DNA from: Candidatus Rifleibacteriota bacterium
GTDB lineage: Bacteria; Muiribacteriota; Ozemobacteria; Ozemobacterales; Ozemobacteraceae
Length of the DNA: 14,207 nucleotides
Assembly: GCA_051747585.1 (NCBI GenBank)
Contig: JBNJGH010000023.1
Coordinates: 24,756-38,962 of the forward strand
Direction: 5' to 3'
This document shows positions 1 to 6,968 of this stretch, piece after piece (position 1 is the first letter of the stretch; every line of letters starts with the position of its first letter). Below the pieces are notes generated by a model that was given only the letters and a program-made list of their open reading frames with translations, had not been told where the DNA came from and searched no databases. The position numbers and the translations under genes are program-made.

Positions 1-68
1 AGCGACGAAGCAATCTTTGGATATGCTAAAATTTTAGTACATTACAAAAAACAAAAATGTCTTGAAAC
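1..68 (+). repeat. 3' end of a dispersed palindromic-type intergenic element (truncated by window edge)
   Basis: CGACGAAGCAATCT (3-16) matches CGGCGAAGCAATCT (10324-10337) at 13/14 positions; AATGTCTTGAAAC (56-68) is identical to 10339-10351. Confidence 0.6.
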
Positions 69-191
69 TTACTAATTATTTCAAAATGGAAAATTACTGG
101 AGATTAACCAGGAGCTGCGAACAAGTTTTGTTAATTTATGTTATTCTACTTAATATAAATAGCGAATAAATTATCCGGAGGAAATTATTAT

Positions 192-599
192 ATGTGGCCA
201 AGATGGTTAAGAGCCTTAGCAACGCTTTGGGTAGCTTTTGACAGTAAGAAAAGAAAATCGATTAACTGGTTCTGGGTACTTGTATTATTTCTGCTTGGTC
301 CTTTACTTTTACCTGTCTACATGACTTTCAGACCTCTTTTGCCGGAAGAAAATAGAAATCCGGGGATTATCTGGAATCTGATTATAAACTATGAAAAACT
401 TCTGGTTTCTGTAGCAGGAATAGCTGCTGCGGCAGTCTTTGTCGAAAATTTAAGCCTGCCTCATGATAAAGATCTCGCCGAAGTTCGAAGGGCTGAAATA
501 AAGGCCGGCACAATTCTTGGCGCATTATTTGTTTTTGGCCTGTTTTTGTTGGAAAAAATCGTTTTCAGTCGTTTTACCAGAGGAATTAACAGTAAATAA
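192..599 (+). CDS. small integral membrane protein (about 4 TM), function unknown
   Basis: ATG preceded by GGAGG (177-181); hydrophobic segments; N-terminal WVAFDSKKR..W..GP..Y..RP pattern resembles short two-helix (PLDc_N-like) membrane modules. Confidence 0.8.
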   Translation: MWPRWLRALATLWVAFDSKKRKSINWFWVLVLFLLGPLLLPVYMTFRPLLPEENRNPGIIWNLIINYEKLLVSVAGIAAAAVFVENLSLPHDKDLAEVRRAEIKAGTILGALFVFGLFLLEKIVFSRFTRGINSK

Positions 600-640
600 T
601 AATTATTTCCTTGTTTGATCTTTGGGTGGTAAAGGGGATT

Positions 641-1675
641 ATGAAAAACAAGCCTGTTATTGTAATGCTGCTTTTTCTTTTTTTATTGGGACAAACTGTA
701 TCCGCAAAAGATATAGCCGGACCGGTTCAGCCAGTTAGAGGGGCCGGGGGCTATAACTATTCACACCAGGATATCAGCTTATGGGAAAAGGGCGTTGCAG
801 AAGAACAGTATTTTATTTTTGAGCCTGCCAAGCCTACACCCAAAAAAGCCGGGGTGGTGGTTTTTCTTCATGACTGGCTTACTTCGAGTCCTGAGTATTA
901 CATGGCCTGGATCAGACACCTCTGCAAAAAAGGATGGATAGTATTTTTTCCAAGATATCAGGGCCAGGGCGAGCTTGAGGAAACCTGGGTGTTTAACGTT
1001 GTGCGCTCATGCAAAGACTTTTTTATGGAGAATTTCAAACGAAACGGAATTGAGATCGACAAAGAGAAGTTTGCGGTGTTCGGTCATGGGGCAGGAGCTA
1101 TCCTTGGAGCCAATGTTGCTGCAGTTGACAGTTATTTCGGTTTGCCCCGAACCAAAGCTTTGTTACTGGTAACTCCCCATCGCAAAAGTCTAAAATTATT
1201 TGACCTTTCTTCCATTAGTAAATTTGCCAGAATGGTTGTTTTAACCGGTGACAGGGTTCTTGAAGAAAACGAAAACACGGCCCGGGAAATTTTTTATGCG
1301 GCAGATCGCATAAAAACTGGTAACAAAATTTATATTACGGTTTATTCTGATTATTACGGAGAGCCACCGCTGGTGGCTGACGAGAAAGCGGCTCTTGCTC
1401 CGGAATCCCCTGTTTATGAACGCTATGTCGCTGCCAATAGTAATGTTTTTATTAATCTTTCAAAAGATAAATTTCATGCTCCTGCAGTAAGATCACAACC
1501 CATTGATGCTTTTGATTATTTTGCGACCTTAAGATTGGGTGATGCTTTGCTGAAAAAGGCTTTCAATGAAGACTCCGAGTTGGAAATTTTTCATGATAAT
1601 TCAACTTTGCGTTTTATGGGATATTGGAGTGACGGTAAAAAACTTCGAGGCATGATAGCAGGAGACAGGCCCTGA
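641..1675 (+). CDS. exported alpha/beta-hydrolase-fold protein, catalytic residues apparently lost
   Basis: Start moved to ATG 641 (AAAGGGGA at 631-638), giving a signal peptide MKNKPVIVMLLFLFLLGQTVSA; fold motifs VVVFLHDW, GWIVFFPRYQ, KFAVFGHGAGA (nucleophile elbow with Gly in place of Ser). Confidence 0.8.
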   Translation: MKNKPVIVMLLFLFLLGQTVSAKDIAGPVQPVRGAGGYNYSHQDISLWEKGVAEEQYFIFEPAKPTPKKAGVVVFLHDWLTSSPEYYMAWIRHLCKKGWIVFFPRYQGQGELEETWVFNVVRSCKDFFMENFKRNGIEIDKEKFAVFGHGAGAILGANVAAVDSYFGLPRTKALLLVTPHRKSLKLFDLSSISKFARMVVLTGDRVLEENENTAREIFYAADRIKTGNKIYITVYSDYYGEPPLVADEKAALAPESPVYERYVAANSNVFINLSKDKFHAPAVRSQPIDAFDYFATLRLGDALLKKAFNEDSELEIFHDNSTLRFMGYWSDGKKLRGMIAGDRP

Positions 1676-3699
1676 TGAAGTTTAAATGGCAACTTTTTAT
1701 TCTTACTTTGATTTTAATTATTTGTCATTTTATTATCTTCGAGGCCGGGAACAACAAAGTTAAGTTAAAGTTTTCACCTGAAAAAATTAACAACTTGCTT
1801 CAGCAGCAAAACCCGGCGGCATTCTGGCAAAAAATAGCCGAAAACAACAGCTTGAAGGGGCTTGAAATTGGTTATGTTTTAAATGTTCTTGAAGACTTTC
1901 AGTCCAATTTTAATCAAAAAGAGCGGGTGAGTCTGGAAGCGGTAAAAGCTTTTATTTTTTATCGTCAGGCTTTTTATTCGCGAGCAGAAATTGCTCTTAA
2001 ACATGTTGTTGCAACTACTGACTCCCTGGAAGAACTGCGACAAAGCATGGTACTGCTGGCTGAAATATATCAGAGAGAAAATGAAAATTATAAGCTGGAA
2101 CAAGTTCGCCAGGAGCTTGAAAAAATTGATCCCAGGTTCAGATTACAATATATAGATATGGCAAATACGGGTAAGACTGCATCTAATTCAAAGGGCTTCA
2201 TCAAACTGTATTTAATTTTTGTCTGGATTCTGCTAATTCTGTTCCCGACTGTTGTCATGGAATATGAAAGACAAATTTGGGTAAGAAAATTTTCTGAAGT
2301 AAGAGATAAAAGAGGCCCCTTTCTAGCTTTTAATCGGTCAAACCTGGCCGGTGTTCTGCTTTTTTTATCTGCAATTCTTTTTATTCTACTGGGATATCCT
2401 GAAAATGTCGGCTTAAATAATCGAGCTTTGTTTCTTGCTCTTCATATCGCCATCAGCTGGGTTTTGTGCCAATATCCCTTTTATAAATTGAATAAAGAGT
2501 TAAAGCCTTCATTCAGCAGTAGTTTTGTCGCTTTTTTAGTAGATAAATTTAGAGCTATCTTGTTCGTATCTCACCAGCTTCTGGCTTTAACTCTTACTCT
2601 GGTTGTTCTGCATTATATGGTTACAGGCTTACCCTTATGGTCGATTAAAAAAACGTTACACGCAATTCTGGTGTTGCCTGCCCTTTTTTCGTTTTTTTTG
2701 ATATTTTTGCATATAATATTGCCCTATATAATGCTTGCCCGCAAAAAGGCAAAAAACGGTGCGGGTTTAAGAGTTTTCTCTTTAAAAAGCGAAACCTTTG
2801 CCGGATGGGTTGAGTATGGTGTTTTTTCTTTTTTGAATACTCTGGTTTTTCTGGGTAGATTGGATGAAAAATTTGCTGCCGAAAAAATTGACATTATTAA
2901 GCGCAGAGCTCGTTTAAAACTTAATGCCGGAAGTGGAATTGAAGAATTTTTATTAATTGTAAATCTTGTTCTTATCATACAGATTTACTTTCTTTTTGAT
3001 CCTTTGCGCATTGTCAGGTTTTTTACATTTGGACCAAACCTTGCCGAAATCGTTGCTTTGCTCTTGTTTGTCTTTTTGTGTAGTTATATTTTGTCGCTAC
3101 GAAAACATGAGGTTGAATTAAAAGCCGATGACAGGATTCTTGAGAAAATTGATTCAGAAAAACTTATAGAACTTTACAATGCTTTAAATCGTTTGAATTA
3201 TTTACCTGAGAATTATCGCGAAGGAGATGCGGCAATTTTCGCACCCATTGCGCTTAAAGAAAGAAAAGAGCATATTCGCAGTTTTAAAGGTGAATATCTT
3301 CATTACCTTCATCCACCGGAGCAGAATCTGCTCGTATCGTTATGGCGAGCCCGACTGGCGATTGAATGGAAACTTGGGATGGAAGAAGCTGTTTTTATAG
3401 CGTCGCTGGACTATCAAGTTTCAGAACAAACCCCTGCTGATGAGTTAAGAGCCATGGCAGTAAAACACGCTGAGATAGGTTCGGAATCAATTTTTTATCA
3501 GGAGCAGAATCGCCTTGAAATTATAGATTGCGCCCAGAAAAAATGCGCTACCATAACAGACGATCGACTTCCCTCCAAAAAAATATGCGGAATATGCAGC
3601 AGAGCGATGCTTAAATCTTTCCACCAGTCTATTTATCATTGGACAGGAACAGAAAACGGCTGCTGTCTGGAATCTACTAAAGATAAAGCTGAGAACTGA
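1675..3699 (+). CDS. TPR-like + polytopic M48-peptidase-like membrane protein without HEXXH, C-terminal Cys-rich domain
   Basis: TGATG stop/start overlap with the upstream gene; N-terminal TM/signal, TPR-like helices (AFIFYRQAFYSRAE..LLAEIYQRE..IDP), many TMs, M48-like tail (ELKAD..LNRLN..PIALKERKEHI), six Cys in the last 56 aa. The CDS is secure; domain calls are tentative. Confidence 0.65.
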   Translation: MKFKWQLFILTLILIICHFIIFEAGNNKVKLKFSPEKINNLLQQQNPAAFWQKIAENNSLKGLEIGYVLNVLEDFQSNFNQKERVSLEAVKAFIFYRQAFYSRAEIALKHVVATTDSLEELRQSMVLLAEIYQRENENYKLEQVRQELEKIDPRFRLQYIDMANTGKTASNSKGFIKLYLIFVWILLILFPTVVMEYERQIWVRKFSEVRDKRGPFLAFNRSNLAGVLLFLSAILFILLGYPENVGLNNRALFLALHIAISWVLCQYPFYKLNKELKPSFSSSFVAFLVDKFRAILFVSHQLLALTLTLVVLHYMVTGLPLWSIKKTLHAILVLPALFSFFLIFLHIILPYIMLARKKAKNGAGLRVFSLKSETFAGWVEYGVFSFLNTLVFLGRLDEKFAAEKIDIIKRRARLKLNAGSGIEEFLLIVNLVLIIQIYFLFDPLRIVRFFTFGPNLAEIVALLLFVFLCSYILSLRKHEVELKADDRILEKIDSEKLIELYNALNRLNYLPENYREGDAAIFAPIALKERKEHIRSFKGEYLHYLHPPEQNLLVSLWRARLAIEWKLGMEEAVFIASLDYQVSEQTPADELRAMAVKHAEIGSESIFYQEQNRLEIIDCAQKKCATITDDRLPSKKICGICSRAMLKSFHQSIYHWTGTENGCCLESTKDKAEN

Positions 3700-3707
3700 T
3701 TAAATAA

Positions 3708-4847
3708 TCAGCTGACAGCCGCGAGCGATTCTTTCTTTTCCTGATAACGTTCCAGGGCTAGACTTATAAGTCGGTCGCAAAGTTCAGGGTAACTGATACC
3801 GGTAGCTTCCCATAATTTCGGATACATGCTGATTCTGGTAAAGCCTGGAATAGTATTGATTTCATTAATTACCAGTCTGTCGCTTCCCTTTTCCAAAAAG
3901 AAGTCTACTCTCGCCATTCCGGCACAATCAAGAGCTTTATAGGCAGTTATAGCCTGTTTTCGAATCGATTCGATCTGCTCTTCGGTAAGGTCAGCCGGAA
4001 TTTTGAGTTCTGAGCGATCGTCTACATATTTGGCTTTGTAGTCATAAAACTCATTGCATGGAACAACTTCGCCGGGTAGAGAAGCAATAGGTTCATCATT
4101 GCCCAGAACTGAAATTTCTAGCTCTCTGCCTTCAACAAAAGATTCAATTAGAATTTTACGGTCGAAGCGGGCTGCTTCGTTTATTGCATCTATTAAAGAG
4201 TTGCGATTTCCGGCTTTGCTTATGCCCACAGAAGAGCCTGAATTTACCGGCTTTACAAAACATGGATAGGTAAATTGCTTTTCGATTTGCGTAAGAATAG
4301 AATCTTGATCCTTTTTCCATACACTGCGCAATATCTGCATGAAAGGAGCGACGGTAAGGCCCGCATCTCTAAATAATTTTTTGGCGATTGTTTTATCCAT
4401 GCCTGTTGCCGAAGCCAGAACTCCACAACCGACATAGGGCATGTCAGCCTGCTCGAGTAAACCCTGCATGGTGCCATCTTCACCAAAAGTTCCATGGACT
4501 ACAGGGAACAAAAGATCGAGATTAACTTTATTTTCGCTTTTGGGGTTGTCAACCAGAATCAGTCCTTTCCCAGCAGGGGTTGTGTCGGGTTGAATTTTCT
4601 TTTCATTGTTTCCAGAATACAGAATGCAGCTTTTGCCGCTTGCTGCATGATTTTCAAGCATAGCTTCAGGCTTGACGCCCAGCATCCATGAGCCTTTGCG
4701 GCTGATGCCTACGGGTATAATTTCGTATTTGTCAGGGTTAAGAGCATGCATTATTGAGGTTGCAGAATGAAGTGAAACTTCATGCTCTCCTGATCTGCCG
4801 CCGAAAATAACGCCAACTTTTAATTTTTTACCACTCTGGTTGTCCAT
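3708..4847 (-). CDS. ddl: D-alanine--D-alanine ligase (DdlA-like)
   Basis: GGRSGEHEVS, HGTFGEDG, FVKPVNSGSSVGISK, FYDYKAKY, NEINTIPG motifs; start moved to ATG 4847 with AAGGAG at 4854-4859. Confidence 0.97.
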   Translation of the reverse strand: MDNQSGKKLKVGVIFGGRSGEHEVSLHSATSIMHALNPDKYEIIPVGISRKGSWMLGVKPEAMLENHAASGKSCILYSGNNEKKIQPDTTPAGKGLILVDNPKSENKVNLDLLFPVVHGTFGEDGTMQGLLEQADMPYVGCGVLASATGMDKTIAKKLFRDAGLTVAPFMQILRSVWKKDQDSILTQIEKQFTYPCFVKPVNSGSSVGISKAGNRNSLIDAINEAARFDRKILIESFVEGRELEISVLGNDEPIASLPGEVVPCNEFYDYKAKYVDDRSELKIPADLTEEQIESIRKQAITAYKALDCAGMARVDFFLEKGSDRLVINEINTIPGFTRISMYPKLWEATGISYPELCDRLISLALERYQEKKESLAAVS

Positions 4848-4928
4848 TGCTTGCTCCTTAATAATTCTAATTATCTTTGTTAGAATTATCGGCAAAATTA
4901 ATGGACAAAATTAGTAGTTGCTATATGA

Positions 4929-5882
4929 TCAGTTGCTTTCCGAATGAGCTTTATATGCACCTTTGCCTAATTGTATCGGCATTTGCTGGCGCAGACTGTT
5001 TTTGGTCATCTTGCTTAATCTTGGATGGGTCTTACCAAGATCATTGGGCGAACCGAACAATGCTTTGGTAATTAAATACTGATCATTTTCTGCAAGCTGT
5101 TTGCTGCAAATCAATATTGCATTGATTTCTACTGCCGAAATAGCTTCGGCATGTCCCGGATATTGTTTCGCTTCAATGGTAGATGGAAAATAAAAGGAAA
5201 ATTTGTTAACAAGTTGTTGAACTAATTCAGGTTCAACCGGAACAAGAGTAATTTCGACCTTTTTGGCCAACTCTATAATCGAAGGATTGGGCATACCACT
5301 GGTAAAAATGAAGCCGTCAATTTTGCCTTCCTGCAGAGTTTCCATAGCTTCGGTTGCACCAATGTATTGCAGATCGATTTTTTCCCAGACGTCTGCAACA
5401 GTAAGTATTTGTTTGGCGTTATAGTAAGTGCCGCTGTCTTTGCTGCCAACCGCTATTTTTTTCTCTGCAAGGTCGGATAGCTGGGTGATACCTGTTTCTT
5501 TTCTTACGATAATCTGAACTACTTCGGGAAAAAGGGTTGCAATACCAAAAAGATTTTCAATCTTTTTTCCTTCAAACATGGCTTCGCCCTGTGAAGCATA
5601 GTGAGCAATATCGTTTTGAACCAGAGCCAGGTCAGCCAGACCGTTCTTAATCATTTCTATATTTTCGATCGAACCGGCAGTTTCTACAACTTTAAGACTG
5701 TGTTCGGGGTGTTTGTTTTGCAATATTTTGTTTAAGGCTGAGCCTATTGGGTAATAAACACCCGATTTAGACCCTGTAGCCAGAGTGTATTCTTTCTTGC
5801 TGAGGCTTGACCCGCAGCCTGTAGCCAATATTACTCCAGGAATTAAACTACAAAGTAAGAGTAATTTTACAAAAGCTTTCAT
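4929..5882 (-). CDS. TAXI-family TRAP transporter solute-binding lipoprotein
   Basis: Lipobox-like LATGC; ATGSKSGVYYPIG, TAGSIENI, ADLALVQND, LFPEVVQIIVR, VGSKDSGT motifs typical of TAXI receptors; GAGG upstream of the ATG. Confidence 0.92.
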   Translation of the reverse strand: MKAFVKLLLLCSLIPGVILATGCGSSLSKKEYTLATGSKSGVYYPIGSALNKILQNKHPEHSLKVVETAGSIENIEMIKNGLADLALVQNDIAHYASQGEAMFEGKKIENLFGIATLFPEVVQIIVRKETGITQLSDLAEKKIAVGSKDSGTYYNAKQILTVADVWEKIDLQYIGATEAMETLQEGKIDGFIFTSGMPNPSIIELAKKVEITLVPVEPELVQQLVNKFSFYFPSTIEAKQYPGHAEAISAVEINAILICSKQLAENDQYLITKALFGSPNDLGKTHPRLSKMTKNSLRQQMPIQLGKGAYKAHSESN

Positions 5883-6030
5883 AAAGTACCTCGTTTTCTA
5901 ATCTTTGTTAATATCTGGAATTCTAGCATACTTTAAAAAAACTTTGAATTTTTTGCGGAAATCAATTTGTTGCTAGGTTAAAAGGGAACTGTTAGTATTG
6001 CTCTGACTATTTAAGAGTATAGTTCAGGGA

Positions 6031-6564
6031 ATGAATTTAATGAAGATGAAACGACTTCAAGTTCTTACGGAGTGTGGAATGCTAATGGCCACGGCTCTGG
6101 CTCTTTCTCATTTTAAGCTTTTTCAGATGCCGAGCGGCGGCTCTGTTTCTCTTGGGCTTCTACCCTTGTTGCTTATTGCTGCCAGGCATGGGGCTATAAC
6201 GGCAACAATTAGCGGCGCTTTGTTCGGCCTTTTGTTATTGACCACCAGGCCTTTTATTGTACACCCTGTTCAGTTTCTGCTTGATTATCCCCTTGCTTAT
6301 GCTACCACAGGATTTGCAGGGTTGTTTTTGTGGGAAACCCCTCTAAAAGCAGCAACGGCAACAACGTTGGCAAATCTTTTTCGATTGCACTTTCACGTTG
6401 TTGCCGGTGCCATATACTTTGTTTCCGATCAAAGCTCAATGCTTAAAATGCTTGCTGCAAGCTACGCCTACAACCTTAGTCACATTATACCGGAAACCAT
6501 CATCTGTTCAATTCTGGCAGGTTATCTGGTGCTAAATCATAAAGCACTTTGTGCCAGACAGTAG
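6031..6564 (+). CDS. thiT: ThiT-family ECF transporter S component (thiamine-type)
   Basis: LTECGML, MPSGGSV, HPVQFLLDYPLAY, HVVAG and YN motifs, about 6 TMs. The start could be 6031, 6040 or 6046. Confidence 0.85.
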   Translation: MNLMKMKRLQVLTECGMLMATALALSHFKLFQMPSGGSVSLGLLPLLLIAARHGAITATISGALFGLLLLTTRPFIVHPVQFLLDYPLAYATTGFAGLFLWETPLKAATATTLANLFRLHFHVVAGAIYFVSDQSSMLKMLAASYAYNLSHIIPETIICSILAGYLVLNHKALCARQ

Positions 6565-6576
6565 ACGATAATCCGT

Positions 6577-6765
6577 TCAGGCCATTGCAACCTTATCGCT
6601 ACCAAGGCAGCGGGTACATACATATCCGCGAACTCGTCGGCCGTTGAGCATAACCCTTTTTCTCTGGAGGTTTACGCTCCAGCGCCTTTTGGTGCGGTGA
6701 TGAGAATGGCTGAGCTGGAAACCCATTTTGGGTCCGCGATTGCAAACCATACAAACTTTAGACAT
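6577..6765 (-). CDS. rpmB: 50S ribosomal protein L28 (zinc-binding CxxC form)
   Basis: MSKVCMVC..SHSHHRTKRRWSVNLQ..VCTRCL; start moved to ATG 6765 with GGAGG at 6773-6777. Confidence 0.97.
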   Translation of the reverse strand: MSKVCMVCNRGPKMGFQLSHSHHRTKRRWSVNLQRKRVMLNGRRVRGYVCTRCLGSDKVAMA

Positions 6766-6801
6766 GATCAAACCTCCAAAATAGAGCCGAAGTGAGAAAT
6801 A

Positions 6802-6830
6802 ATCATAACAGAATGAGAAAAATAAAGCAA
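6802..6830 (-). promoter_or_regulatory. sigma70-type promoter for rpmB
   Basis: Minus strand TTGCTT (6830-6825), 17-bp spacer ending TGT (extended -10), TATGAT (6807-6802). Confidence 0.7.
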
Positions 6831-6968
6831 GTATATTTTATTTTTCTTCTTCAGGCCGAATTATAAATTGACAAGCTTAATTGCAAAAATTCCGGGTTGA
6901 GTTTTTCAAATTATTGTAGTGTACTGAGACCCTGCTACTTTTAATTTTTTGTTTGAAAGGAAAGGCCG

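Noticed and set aside
641..3699. Calling the two catalytically degenerate genes pseudogenes
   Set aside because: Both ORFs are long and uninterrupted, with SD sites, export signals and translational coupling.
3708..4847. Possible vancomycin-resistance ligase (D-Ala-D-Lac or D-Ala-D-Ser)
   Set aside because: The omega loop is FYDYKAKY with the Tyr typical of D-Ala-D-Ala ligases, and no van genes are nearby.
5985..6025. Imperfect hairpin just upstream of the thiT SD as a riboswitch
   Set aside because: Short stems with G-U pairs and a large bulge, and no known aptamer core; within chance expectation.
6868..6925. TTGACA as the -35 of a pepA promoter
   Set aside because: No acceptable -10 hexamer at 16-19 bp spacing.
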